A stretch of 64,000 nucleotides of DNA from Takakia lepidozioides (taxonomy: Eukaryota > Plantae > Bryophyta). Every line of letters begins with the position of its first letter. The stretch's first letter is position 1. Positions 50,827-64,000 of this stretch are shown in pieces. The DNA is taken from assembly GCA_030704615.1 (NCBI GenBank), contig CM060731.1, forward strand, positions 51,956,001-52,020,000, written 5' to 3'. Made by a program: the position numbers and the translations under genes. A model generated the notes under the pieces. That model had not been told where the DNA came from, did no database searches, and worked only from the letters and a program-made list of their open reading frames with translations.

Positions 50827-53800
50827 TGTCGAGCGGCTTTTACTCACCCATCCCTTCGCTATCCGAGGTGGAAACTCCAAGATAGAAGAGTTGGATCTCT
50901 AAGCACTCAGCCCGCTCAGAACAATCAGTCATGACCTACAGCTAGTGAATCATGGTTGTGCTTCATATTTGTATTCCTTCTTGCCTTCATGTTATCAATT
51001 TACCTTACCGTGTATACTGAAGCATCAGATTGCTTCAGTATCTACTATGTTCCAATTAATCATGCATTCATTCAACAGCTTCTCTCATGTCTCTCTACAC
51101 AGTATGTTTGTATCGATTCAGTATCGGATTAAGATTAATCATATATCATGCCTATACCATGGTGTCCCTAATCTACCATACTGTATAATTTTACAGTTTG
51201 CATGAATTAATCCTCAATCAAGTCATCATCTCCTCTTCACTGTTTTCGCTCTCCGTTACGTCTCCCCTTTCCTGAACAAGTCGCCCTCCTCAAGAAGTGA
51301 TCCCTTTCCTGTTGCCGCTCTGCCTAATCTACCCGCAAGCTGTTGTAACCACCTAACTAACTAATCATCACCCCTGAAGTAACACGTTCCCTCTGCAGAT
51401 GTCGTTCCCACACTGTCGTTCCCTGTCAATGATAACTGTTCCCCATGTACATTGTGACAGGCTGTGTCAAGCTGTGCCGAGCTGTGACTGGTTGTGTAAA
51501 GCTGTGTCGGGCTGTGACTGGCTGTGTGAAGCTGTGTCGGGCTGTAACTGGCTGTGCGAAGCTGTGTCGGGCTGTGTCAGACTATGTCTGGCTGTGATAG
51601 ACTATGACGAGCTGTCTAACCCCCCTTAAACCTGCGCCTGCCACCCCTAAGGCTCATGTTGGTCTCAGTCTACCATTCATAAGTCTGCGCGAAAATTAAG
51701 GGTACCCCACAGAACCCGTAAAAGCGTTTAAGTCCCAAGCAGCCCTCTAACATTACCCCTCCCCCTCTCAAAAAGCCGTGTCCTCACGGTTTACTGTTTG
51801 GGATCAGCAAACCTTTGTGAGCGAGGACCCTTCTGTCGGTGAGAGTTTCGTGAAGGACTCCGTGTGCGAGCCCGAGTCCTGTCACTGGCTAATGGAGATG
51901 ATTGAGCACTACCTGGAAATGTCTGACCCTTCTTTGGCTGATAACGAGGTAACCTCTCAGGCATAGGAGATCCCCGTCGTTTCTTCTCTGCCATCTGAAG
52001 TGCATAGTCCTCTGCCATGTCAAAAGAGTCATCTGAAGAAACAGTAATATCAGAATCCTCGTCCCCCCTTAGGTGTTTTAACGGCCGAACTTTAAGTGGC
52101 TTCTCAGGAATCCTGCGTGGCATACAATGTGGGCCCACCATGTCTGGAAGTTTAAACTGTACGACTTGTTGTAAGCGCTTGCAAGCAAAATTAGTGAACG
52201 CCCTGAACTCCTTAGCCGTATAGGTGAGAGGTGTGCCAATGACTTTGGAACAGTGTAAGTATTTCCAGGCTTCATGTCCCTTAAAGAAAATATCCTCAGG
52301 GCCGAATTTCTCTGTTGCCAAATTGTCCAAGCCGAATTAAACCATGAACAAAGTTGGGAATCCTTCTGCATCATAACTTTTGCATCATATAGGTACATAT
52401 GAGGTGGCACTGAAGGTAAGACCCAATGATCCCCACTGGAATAACTCAGAAATCGTGATTGCATCTTCTGCTGCTCAATGTGATAACGTGCCATAAAACA
52501 AGCAGCATAGTATAATCCACAGCCCATGACAATACTAGATACCTCCTTGGTCTTGGTATAGATGTACCCATGTACAACCTGGAAGGCAATTAATTCCTTC
52601 AGCATGGTACCTGCCTCAGACCAGTACCTTGCAAAGTGATGATCCTCAATGGGTCGATTGTTCGGAAGAACCTTAGTCCGAGTTGCCACTGGCAACCAAA
52701 TGCGCATGATCTGGTAGTAATGTGCCAACGACTGCGGAGGACTAAATTCCTTCCAAGCCAAATCCAGCACAATGGGAATTTGGTTGAAGGGCATAATCAT
52801 AGCCCGACTGTACTCCCGTGCAGCAGGAGTCCTAGGTGGGTTAAAAGCAGCATCCCCCCATACCTCAGGCTGTGGTTTTGTTGTAGTAGCAACAGGGTCA
52901 GCTACCTGCACAGGCACCTGCTGTGGTATTGGTACCACTGGCCCTTCTACCACTGGCATCTCCTGCACCCCCTGCGAAGAAGACTGAAAAATTAGAGTCC
53001 TGGCATGTAAATAAGTAGCCATCAGCTGCTCCTCAGGAACAAAGACTCTCTTGTCAATATTTGAACTCAGGTCATCCACTTGAGTCTGCAGGCCTTCCAC
53101 ATCCTCCTGTAGCTCCGCTATCCTACTATAGACATTGTCTATAGTAGTTGTGGCAATGTTCTGCACCTGCAATCTGAGCTCATTCATCTCGCCCTGGGTG
53201 AGCTTCCTTGGTGCTTTGCCTTCTACCGGCCCTTGTGCTAACCAGACCTGCATAAGGTGGTTATCCACCAAGTCCTGTGTGGCACCCCTGAGAGTCTGCT
53301 CCTCCGTGAGTCTGTACACATCTAACTGCTGCTGTAAAGCCTCCATGCGCTTCGCATGAGGTTCAACCAGGCCCGCATAGGCAGCAGCCAGATTATTGGC
53401 TTCCTTCCAAGCCTTGTTAGCCACAGAGAGTTCATTTCTATTGACCATGACTGTTTGTTGCAACTCCAGGATGTACCTCTCTGGTCAGCCTCAACCTGTC
53501 TGTACTGTTGGAAAGTATTCTCATTGCGACAGATTGTAGCCTGCAAATCAACAATGAGTTTCCCTTGCTCTATTATCTCAGCTTCTGCCATCATACATCT
53601 CTCCCCTTGTCTGTTAACTTCTAATGCAGTTTGCTCTAGAGCAGTTGTGAGTGTAGCACATTGTATGGTCATCCTCTGATGTACTGCCTCCAACTCTGTA
53701 TGTAGTACGTTCACTTCTTGCAACTTGCCCTCATGCTTCACCTGCAATTGGTATAACTGTTGCTTATGTGCTTCATGCAACTGGTCCTGCTCGAGACCTG

Positions 53801-56800
53801 CTTCAATCAAATGTCCCTTAGCCAACTGCAAGGCAGCCTTTGTGTCCTCCAACTCTTGCTGTAACTTGAGATTGATCTCCTCATCTACCTTGTTAGCACA
53901 CTCAGTGGCAATTCGAGTCTCAAACTCCTTCCTGAGTTCCTCCCTCAAAGCTGCCAATTGGGTAGATGGAACATGGGATTTCACATAAGTGCCCAACAAA
54001 TTGAGTGTCCTGCTTATGGAACTCATAAGCATGGCCTGCTGGGGTCATCATGGTGAACTTGCTGCTGTTCTCCCTGATCCTCCACAGTGTGATGCTTCAC
54101 CAACCATTCAGGCCATTGCCCCACCAATCCTCTTCCTGAACCACCTCATCCTCCACAGGTGCTGCAGTGTCCTTATATTCTACCCCTGGTACCTCCGTCA
54201 CAAGTGTGGGTATTACATGCACAGCAGGGATTTCCCTGGACAGACTCTGCACCTCTGGTACCACTGATTCCCTGACCAAGCCAGAGTTTTCATAGAGAAG
54301 GTCACCCTTCTCAATTTCTGCCACGACCTGCTCTGTAGTGGGAATGTCCAACCCTTCTCTTTCCAGAGCAATAGGCTCTGGTGGAACAGCATGTACTAAC
54401 TGAGGTACCTCTGAGACAACCGATTCAACTGGCTGTGATGGCTGTGGTACCGAAGTGACTTCTTCTTCCCTCTCCAAAGGTCGTGCTTTTAGTAATAACA
54501 GCCCTCTGTGCTGCTGTGCCCCATCCTGCACAAGAGCTTGGGAAACATCATCTTGCGGCTTTCTTGAAGCCAGTGGATCCGCCACTACAGTCATACCCCT
54601 CTTCTGTCTCTTAGACTGGTGTTGCTCTGCCAGTCCACCCTCACTATGTGAAGAACCCTGCTCCTCCATTGCAGTGGTTGCTGCCTCAAACACTCCCATC
54701 TCCTTACGTTCTCGCGCATCAAGTATGCAAGAGTCAAGAATGATCTGAGCAATGACTGGGCCAGACACGATGATCGGAGACTTAGCAGCAGTGCCCTGTA
54801 ACCTCTTCATCTCTTCCACCAGACCATTGTACATTAACTCTGCCCAAACTACATCCTCTCCTCGCAAGGCTTTCAGTATCTCCTCTGTGAATGACCTGCT
54901 CAAATACTGTTGGTTCTGTTTCATGGCAAACAGAACGTTCAGTATTTGGCCAACATCTCTGAGCCCTGGGTACTCGGCTTTGGTGCAAGCGTAACCTTGA
55001 GTCTTAAAGAAACTCCCTTCTTGGAACAAATTCCTTATCTGCAATCTTGCCCTGTGCTCATCCACATCCACATGACCCGATGGCAATTCGAACAATTGCT
55101 GCAGGTACTGGGGAGTAATTTCTATATCTACTCCCCTCACCTGGGTTACTCCCGTCCTAGGCTCAAAGTTCTGAAGAAATTGAATCATATACTGCCGATG
55201 ATGCAAGGACCAGTCCTTGCGTAGCAGCCCCTCCAATCGCAACTCCCTCAGCAGCTGCACTGCCTGCTGTGTAGCAATTGTTTGCTTCTGCAGTATCGTG
55301 GTGCTCTTCACCCTGATATCCTCCATTCCCCTCACTCTCTTCATTCTAGACAAACAAAAAGGCCTTGTTTGAAACAGCTGAAGAAAAGCTTGCAGGGCAC
55401 AAAGCATAAAGGTATGGTTGGCACAGAATGGAACGGGTAAGTGCGTGTAAGCCTGTGGGGCTTGCAAGTATCGAGTGAGAGAGAATGTACTCTCAACCCG
55501 TCCGTTCTTGTGCCACTGCGTGAGAAGTAAAGCGAGCGTGTAATCTGTAATATCCGCCATAGCTACAAAGCTATAGCTTTGATTGCCTCTCCTGCCGAGA
55601 CGCTGGTTATTCGGAGCCACCCCGACTCTCGCGCTCATAACCCTGCTAATTTCTTGCTCTTGTTTCTTGGAGGAAACCACCTGCATGTAATTCTCGCTCG
55701 TGATTGGCTGTTGCCTCCCTGGGTAACTTCTTAATTTAACTCCCCTCAGTGGACTTTCCCCCCTGGAATGTCCACTAGGATAGCACATGCGGCAAAGCTC
55801 CCCCTTTTTTTGTACTCGTAAAGGGTTCCGTTACCCTTGCCCTGAATGCATTAATGGGCCCACAAATAGTTTGGGTTGATGTACCGGGTAGGTACTTTGA
55901 CGGCCCAATTTGTCTTCTTGCATGATGTGACCCGCTTTTGCAATATATGCACTGCGGTGTGCTTCGCCCTGGCGACCACATGTTCGTTTCTAGACCTGCC
56001 TCCGTCTTTCCCTGTCCGCGTGGCACATTCTCCGTGTTTGACTTCCAAGCTGTCTTTTCTTCCGCCGGCCACTTTTCGGACGTTGACCCACGTCCACCCG
56101 TCACTGACCCTATGGACTGTGTAACCCTCGTGGGCTGTGTTGGGCTGTGACAAGCTGTGTCAAACTATGGTGGGCTGTGATAGGCTGTGTGATACTGTGG
56201 TGAGCTGTGATAGGTTGTGATAAGCTGTGTGATGTTGTGGTGGGCTGTAATAACTATGCGAACACCCGTGTTCTCCGCTCAGGCCATACACATTCGGCTT
56301 TACGACAAGTGCTACATGCTCCGTTGGTATTACCGGTGCAGCCCGTGACTGTTTCTGTGTTTCAATATGCAAGTCGTGCTGCAATGGTTTGTCATGGATA
56401 CCACTGTATCCCTTCAACTTATTGGCATTGACTCTTCCCAGCATCTCTTTGTTAATGGTTTGTAACATGGCGGTGTTGTTATCATACATCTTTTGTATGA
56501 CATAAGGTCCTTTCCATGGTGATTTAAGCTTAGAAGCTTTAATCTTCCCCTTCTTCTGCAACCACAGAACCAAATCTCCCGTCTTAAAAGTCTTTATCTT
56601 GCCTTCATCAAACTGTTCCTTTCTCTTCATCTGAATTCTGGTCATGTTATCAGCTGCATCAGCACGTATTTCTTCCACATGGTATAATTCATGTTTCCTG
56701 ACCTTAATTGAATCTTACAATTCCATTCTCTTTCCACATTCCGTTCTCATGGTAGGTAACAGGAATTCCACTGGAAGTAAAGCTTCCATACCATAAACTA

Positions 56801-57640
56801 ATTGGAATGGTGTATACTTAGTGGTGACTTATATGAAGTCATGTATGACCACAAAGCTGTCAGCAGCTTTATATCCCAATCCGTTCTGTTTGCATTGACT
56901 ATCTTAGCCAAGATAGTACATAGTATTTTGTTGGTAGCCTCTGTCTGTCCATTACCCTATGGGTAATATGTTGTACTCTTCCTATGCACCATCATGAACT
57001 CTTTAGTCAATCATTCAATGGTCTCATTAATGAGTGACTTCCCTGATCACTGATAAATTCCAAGGGACAGCCAAATCGTGTAAGTATGTTCTCATACAGG
57101 AACCTTGCCGTGGACGTGGCTGTGTTGTCCCTCAAAGCTTTAGCTTCCACCCACTTCGTAGTATAATCAGTGGCTGTAATTATGTACCTGTTCTGTGTAT
57201 TCTTGGCTAGTGGGTTAATTGGTCCAACAAAGTATAGTCCCCATTTCTGAAATGGTTCAGTAGGCATCGTAGAATGCAAAGCCATCTTCCCAGATCTCTA
57301 CAATAGTCCTAACCTCTGACACTCATCATAACTCTTACAATACTTGTGTACATCCTTGAACAAAGTAGGCCACCAGTAACCTGCAAATAGTATCTTTCTA
57401 CTGGTAGTCTCTTCTCCAAAATGACCTCCAGCCACTCATTTATGAACTTCCTCCAAAACTTTATTTACTTCATGGTGGTACAAGCATCGTTTAAGTACTA
57501 CATCAGGTCCTAGCTTATAGATTCTGTCCCCTACCATAGTGTAAGGTAAAGCCTTGATAGCGATTCTCTTCCTCTGCTCCTTCCAATAACTAGGTGGGCA
57601 CTGATCATGAGTAAAGTAGTATCTGATTGGCCACTGCCAA
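50827..57640 (-). mobile_element. Second copy of the Gypsy family: 3' LTR (50827-51752), PPT, extra 3' ORF, decayed integrase; 5'-truncated
   Basis: Collinear with 5355-11453. Confidence 0.93.
51791..55344 (-). pseudogene. Extra 3' ORF, more complete copy (~3.5 kb, frameshifted)
   Basis: Overlapping ORFs 54097-55788, 53322-54032, 52078-53463 and 51791-52330; likely ATG at 55344. Confidence 0.78.
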
Positions 57641-58121
57641 TGTTAGAGGGTTGCTTGGGACTTAGACGCTTTTACGGGTTCTGTGGGGTACCCTTAATTT
57701 TTGCGCAGACTGAGACCAACAAGAGCCTTAGAGGTGGCAGCAGTAGGCTTTAGGGGGGTTACACAGCCAACACAGCCCGACACGGCCAGTCACAGCCAAC
57801 ACAGCCCAACACAGCCAATCACAGCCCCCACAGCTTCGCACAGCCCGACACAGTCGACACAGTCCGTCACAGTCAGTCACAGCCGACACAGCCAGTCACA
57901 GCCCGCCACAGCTTTGCACAGCCCGACACAGCCGACACAGTCCGTCACAGCCAGTCATAGCCGCCACAGCTCGCACAGCCCGACACAGCCGACACAGCCA
58001 ATCACAAGCCCGACACAGCCTTACACAGCCAGTCACAGCTCGGCACAGCTTGACACAGCCTGTCACAGTACATGAGGAACAGTTATCATTGGCAGGGAAC
58101 GATCAGCGAGGGAACAACATC
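57641..58121 (+). repeat. Partial LTR of the same family in inverted orientation
   Basis: Starts at the exact LTR terminus TGTTAGAGGG; CACAGCC minisatellite; ends abruptly at 58121. Confidence 0.93.
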
Positions 58122-58770
58122 GAGGTTTGCTAGTTCATGAGCTGAGCGGCATGAGCGGCGCATGAGCGGCATGAGCAGAGTAGTAACACAATCGGTTTTC
58201 ATGAGCAGATAAGTACAAATTTCGAAAATAAAAAACAATAAAAAACAATAAAAAACAATAAATTTAATGCAATGTGTCAGAAAAAACAATATATTATCGG
58301 CCCCTTGAAGGGAAAATTGCACTTTTGGACAGTTGTGCTCATGATATTTTGTCTTCCGCTCATGCCAATTCCTAGCGACATGTGCAAATATGGCGCCGAA
58401 TTTCGTCTCGCGGTAATAGGTCCGTAACCTGAAAAAACGGCGACGTATTTCGCGGCAATAGGTCTCTCTGTGCGAAAAATGGTGCCGAATTCCGCGGCTA
58501 TAGGTCCCCTCATGACAGGTAATTCGGCGCCATTTTTCCAGTGCATGTTCGGACTTAGCCAGTTTTTCGGCCCAAAAAAGAGAAATTCGGCGCCATTTTT
58601 CCAGACACGACCCGGTACCAGTGCATGTTGGGACTTAGCCAGTTTTCGGCCCCAAAAAGAGAAATTCGGCGCCATTTTTCCCCACACAGGTACCAGTGCA
58701 TGTTGGGACTTAGCGAGTTTTCGGCCCCAAAAGAGAAATTCGGCGCCATTTTTCCAGAAATGGCCCCAGA
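58122..58770. repeat. Probable terminal/subterminal region of MULE copy 3, with motif arrays
   Basis: CATGAGC repeats; AATTCGGCGCCATTTT in both orientations; 63-79 bp tandem units at 58521-58760. Confidence 0.7.
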
Positions 58771-58914
58771 ACTGCTTCTGTGGATCTCAGTTTGAATGGA
58801 ATATGGCCTCATTCCAGGAGTTTTTGGGGTGCATTTCATTACACTGCAAAAAAAAGTTCTGATAACAGCAAAATGCATTTGAAAATATCATATGGAGGAT
58901 TCCGTTTGCCCCAT

Positions 58915-61129
58915 CAATGATTTCTGGAATCCCTAAGAAGGAGTTTGTGCAGCTCGTTCACGCTCAACGCCGGTGCATGAATAAAGTCATCAATAGTCAC
59001 GTTTCATCCTCACCTCTTCAGGTAAATGTAATACAGATGCTTGCACGGATAATTACTTCGAACCCTTCTTTGCTTCCATCAACAGAAAGTCCGTACAGTT
59101 GCAAGTCGGCTCCACTCCAATCGTAATTGTGTATACATCGTCGCGTACAGCCGACCGGCCGTTGCCATCCGATACACACGCCCAAGGCCGGTGGGGGTAC
59201 GTCACGGAGCTCTGAATAGTGCAAGCCATCCCAAGAGCATTGGCAATCCGAGTCTCATTCAACTTGTTGGGAGGTGTCTCGTCTCTTCACTCTTCCGAAT
59301 CGCATTGTGGGATGTGCAGAATTGTCCAATCCGTCTCTACTGGACCGAGCAGTATGCAATGCTGGGTCTGAGGACCGGAAATGCGTGGGCCGGATGTCTG
59401 TGCGTTGCACCATTCGAAATCCTGCTGCAGATAGAGCATCCGCCTCATTCTGAGAGAGGCTGCAACCCGGTGCAACAGGCCAGACGCCCGGAGGCTCCGA
59501 CATTCCCTGAATCCGTACTTGGGCTTGCCAAATACACAGGTCATTATGTCGTGCCCTACAGAACCAAATGTCCTGCGTTGTGGCGTGAGCAAATGTGGGA
59601 GTCAAAATCTGCCGCTGAAACAAGTGCAGGTACAGCACCGTGTGGGTTCCTCCGAATCATCTCACCACAGCGTGCTCTCGTATCCACCCGGATGGCGCAA
59701 CACTCCCTCGAAATGCCGCAATGTCCTCGCAATTCTCCACTGTGACTCCGACCTCTTGTCTCCACATGGGATGTTGTATTGCTTTACTACAGATGGCTCG
59801 TTATGTTGCCGGGGCACGCGCCCTGTGCTCAAAGGAGATGGCGATCTTGAACGTGCAGGACTTCCGGTGCTCGACGAGACCTCCTCGGACAACATCACCG
59901 GACCACGAGGGAGCGTGCGAATATTCTTGTCAGCTCGCCATGAATCCTCTTCTCCGCCAGGTGCCTCGTCAAGTCTTCGTCTCACTGGACGGGTATGAAC
60001 ATCTCCTTCCAAATGTTGGCCTCTTCGCAGGCAATGGCGTGTCCCGAAGGCCCTCTCGCAAGGCCGCCGCCCTTCCGAGGATTCTTCGATCTGGAGGCAG
60101 TCCGCATCAGCATTTCCTGCCTGTCCGGCCCCCAAGCCCCACTGTTTCCTTTCAAGAACTCGTTGTACCTGCATTGCTGCATAATTGACCTCACAATGTC
60201 CTCCGTTGTGGCAGTGAGGATGTCCACCAGATGCGCCGCAGAGGAGGCACGCCAGGAAGAGTGCACTGATTCGGCCATGTTTGTCGTGGGCATGTCGTGT
60301 CGAGTCGAGACACATTTCCTGCACAAGCACATGTTGAGGTTACAAGCAAGTTACAAATATGGCCAAGAATAATATCCAACGGGACGCGAATTCGTGCAAC
60401 TCACCTCCCGCATATAGTCGCCGAACTGGAGGAACGATAATGCCACCATGCTAGCCAACTGACCATTGCTCCTTCGTCTGATTTCCTTAAGCACCTGACG
60501 ATGTCCACCAAGCCCGTATGCATGCAAACTGTGTCTCTGCATCATCCAAGGTGGGAGCGCGCTTCCCGCAAGGCACATGGAACGGTGCTCCTCTCTGAAA
60601 TCTGGCGCCACGAGCCTGGTTGTGTACTGCGAAAGGCTCTGCAGAAGTGGAACCCACAAGATCTCTCCTTGCCTTCCATGGGAACATTGGGGGTCTTGCC
60701 CGTACCCCTTCGGATGGCAGCCCAATTGCTTGTGCGTTTGTCCTCCATGAAACCACGAAAGTGGGAGGGGGCAATCCCGCCTTGGCCATCTGTTCGTGTA
60801 TTCCCTGCCAAAGAAGCATCTCCGATTGTGTGTCCTCTCCTTTCATCTCACAAATAGCAATTGTCATTAGCATCCTGCATGTGGGTGTCGTAGACATGTG
60901 CACCCATTGTCACCCACTGGTGATTTGTAATTCGCTTGATATGGTCGACATGACCCAACTGTTTGACAAGTTCCCCCTCGTCATCCTGTCGACCAGTTCG
61001 ACGCCCTGCCAGGTCCCACGTGGACATTTTGAATACAAAACAACGATCTGCCTCAGTCCCTTGTCCTGGAAACCTACTTCCATGAATGAGTCATATCCAC
61101 ATCGTCGCTTCACCTCCAGAATGGAAGTA
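58915..61129 (-). pseudogene. Mutator-like transposase copy 3 (divergent subfamily), running into the gap
   Basis: LMTIAICEMKGED, FRGFMED, MPTTNMAESVH, IWFC, PTCNCTDF...CKHLYYI; intron 60319-60404 at the same position as in copies 1 and 2. Confidence 0.8.
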
Positions 61130-61629
61130 NNNNNNNNNNNNNNNNNNNNNNNNNNNNNNNNNNNNNNNNNNNNNNNNNNNNNNNNNNNNNNNNNNNNNNN
61201 NNNNNNNNNNNNNNNNNNNNNNNNNNNNNNNNNNNNNNNNNNNNNNNNNNNNNNNNNNNNNNNNNNNNNNNNNNNNNNNNNNNNNNNNNNNNNNNNNNNN
61301 NNNNNNNNNNNNNNNNNNNNNNNNNNNNNNNNNNNNNNNNNNNNNNNNNNNNNNNNNNNNNNNNNNNNNNNNNNNNNNNNNNNNNNNNNNNNNNNNNNNN
61401 NNNNNNNNNNNNNNNNNNNNNNNNNNNNNNNNNNNNNNNNNNNNNNNNNNNNNNNNNNNNNNNNNNNNNNNNNNNNNNNNNNNNNNNNNNNNNNNNNNNN
61501 NNNNNNNNNNNNNNNNNNNNNNNNNNNNNNNNNNNNNNNNNNNNNNNNNNNNNNNNNNNNNNNNNNNNNNNNNNNNNNNNNNNNNNNNNNNNNNNNNNNN
61601 NNNNNNNNNNNNNNNNNNNNNNNNNNNNN
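61130..61629. other. Assembly gap (500 N)
   Basis: Run of N. Confidence 1.
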
Positions 61630-63535
61630 GCTTTGGTGTTCCATGCCAACTCTTATCAAAAATATTTCTGTCAATCTTTTATCCACGGGATGTACCTCAG
61701 ATCTTCACCTCGTGATTGATCTTCTTCCTGTACCAATTATTCCTAATCTTTCTTGCAAAGAAACAGAAGGAGTGGCATCCAACTCTAGTTCTTCCGGTAT
61801 GGGTGATGTACTCTTTGATCTTAATGGTGTGAGAGGTCTAGATGATTCCCCTATGTCTATTCTCTCCCAAAGATATGGATAATTAGCTTCAGATAGCTTT
61901 CTCTTTTTTACTGAATATCTCTGGCGTAGCTCCTCTTTCATCACTCATGTCCCATGTCTTCATTTCTTTTAATGTGGCAATAACCAAAACTCTCTTCTGT
62001 AATTCTCTCGTATATGCCTGGGTTTCTTTCAAGCTTCAATGCACCCTTGGTTATACTTGAAGTCTCCGTTACCATAACCATATGGCAAATAAGTCTGAAA
62101 AGCTGTTCTTGGTGTGAGTTTGATCCACAAAATATCCTTTGGAATCCAATTCTTTACCAGTACAAGTCTTCATGCATATGAGTATAAACATTCACCTTTC
62201 TTTCTTCCCAGCCTTCAAACTCTACTCGCTTAATGGATAACAATGCTATCACATAAACCAATGTTGGTAACCAACGTGCTCTTCCTCTACAGGCTACCTG
62301 ATAAATCTTTATCACTCCTTTCTCCAGACCCCATTCCGGATCAGCATCATGCACTCGCTTAAGAATATTTTCTTTACAACCGTCTGGCAATTCCAAGAAC
62401 CTTTGAAAGAATTGTTTGGACAATCTTTCTTCCTTCGTTCCATAGGGAATTTGATTCACTTCAAATTCTTTAATGGTCCAACCACCATGATCCCACCAGA
62501 TGCCTGTCACATCTGGTTGTTCATGACTCAGTTCCCCAGTATGGTCGCCCAAATGTCGCGCGGCTTTTACTCACCCATCCCTTCGCTATCCGAGGCGGAA
62601 ACTCCAAGATAGAAGAGTTGGAAATCTCTAAGTACTCAGCCCGCTCAGAACAATCAGTCATGACCTACAGCTAGTGTATCATGGGGGTGTTTCCTATTTG
62701 TTTCCCTTTCCACATTCATGTTAGCTACCTTACATTGATAATTAAGTATCAGTTTGCTTCATCAATCTATCGGATTCCTTCAACTCCTCCATTCATTCCA
62801 CAGCTTCACTCAGATCTCTCTACACAGTGTGATTGTATCGTTTAAGTATCATATTATGATTTATCAGGTATCAGGCCGAAGCCATTGTGTCTCTAATCTG
62901 CTCTACAATATCACTACAGCTTTGCATATAACAAGCATCTACTAATCATCTCTCCTCTTTCACCGTGCTCTCCATGCTTGCTCTCCGCCCGATCCGCTCT
63001 CCTCCATGACCAAGAAGTCCTCCCCGTGAAGTGCTTCCATCAAAATCCCCCCTTCTCAGTCCTTGCTTCTCCCTTTATCTTCCTACCCGTGGCTCTAACC
63101 GTTTCCCTCACTAACCGTCGTCCGTGAACTAACATGTTCCATTTGCAGGTGTTGTTTCCCACAGTCGTTCCCTGTCCTGCTCTCCGTTCCCTATGGTCGT
63201 GACAGCTGTGTCAAGCTGTGACTGGCTGTGTGAAACTGTGACGGGCTGTGACTGGCTGTGTCGGGTTGTGACTGGCTGTGTGGCTGTGTCGGCTGTGATG
63301 GACTGTGTTGGCTGTGATGGCTGTGTCGGGCTGTGACGAGCTGTGCTGACTGTGTCTGGCTGTGTTGGCTGTGACGACTGTGACGGGCTGTGTTGGACTG
63401 TGACGGACTGTGTAACCCCCCTCTACAGTGCGCTGCTGTCATCCCTAAGGCTCCTATTGGTCTCAGTCTGTGCAAAAATTAAGGGTACCCTACAGATCCC
63501 GTATAAGTGTCTAAGTCCCAGACAGTCCTCTAACA
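61630..63535 (-). mobile_element. 5' part of a further Gypsy copy: 5' LTR 62554-63535, PBS 62533-62551, extra 5' ORF, gag start
   Basis: Collinear with 16962-17886; LTR subtype matches the solo LTR at 1625. Confidence 0.93.
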
Positions 63536-64000
63536 TCCCCCCCAACACCTGCATGCTTGACTGTGCGTCATGTTGGTTTTGTGTGGGCGCTTGCTTTCAT
63601 AGGGATTAGGCCGGATTTGATCACCGGTCAATCCTAGAGTATGCTGTCGGTGGTGTGTCTGGAGTGATGACCAGCAAGACCACCAGTGTTTCTTCTGTGG
63701 TGAGACTGGGTTGATGACCAGCCAACCATAGGAGTTCTTGCGGTGGATGTAGGTGCAGGTGCCCTGCGCCACTGGGATATGACCCTTAAACTGCAACAGG
63801 TGCCCACCCGTGTCACTATTAGAATTAGTACTATAGTGTCACGTGGGGGAGGTGCACGTTGTTAGTGTCATCACGGAGTTACCCAAGGGTTTTGAGAGGG
63901 GTACGGCTACAGGCAGTAGCAGTGAGACTGGGTTCACCAGACGAGGTGTTCGTTTCAGATCACCTTCACCTCCACCCTCAACTAGTGCAAAGTTAGACAC

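Noticed and set aside
57701-58075. Ser/Thr/His/Gln-rich ORFs here and at 18416-18733 and 63191-63475
   Set aside because: Translations of the LTR minisatellite
60620-61882. Long ORFs containing X runs
   Set aside because: Artefacts of the N gap
63536-64000. Possible fourth, highly decayed MULE fragment (APAPT, HWWSC-like motifs on -)
   Set aside because: Similarity too weak to support without alignment

Overview
Repeat-rich nuclear DNA from a land plant. The retrotransposon lineages suggest a seed-free plant, but this is inference. A central gene island (~28.6-47.6 kb) holds an uncharacterised multi-exon fascin/beta-trefoil-repeat gene (-), RPL31 (+) and a 10-exon M18 aspartyl aminopeptidase (-). 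Both flanks are nested transposon blocks. They contain one non-chromoviral Ty3/Gypsy family (six LTRs, tRNA-Arg-type PBS, extra 5' and 3' ORFs), three decayed Mutator-like GCM/DDE/SWIM transposase genes, a PHD-finger Gypsy integrase, a Copia fragment with a half-tRNA-Met PBS, and stacked tailless LINE 3' ends. There is an assembly gap at 61130-61629. The most unusual object is at ~18.8-27.7 kb: a Mutator-like transposase lies head-to-head with an intron-containing gene encoding a ParB/Srx-like domain plus a DNA amino-methyltransferase-like domain. The non-coding parts of that gene carry 13 copies of a conserved ~28-bp palindrome (AAACTGAGTGCG-N4-CGCACTCAGTTT), 12 of them in a phased array. All domain calls come from motif recognition by eye, not database searches.
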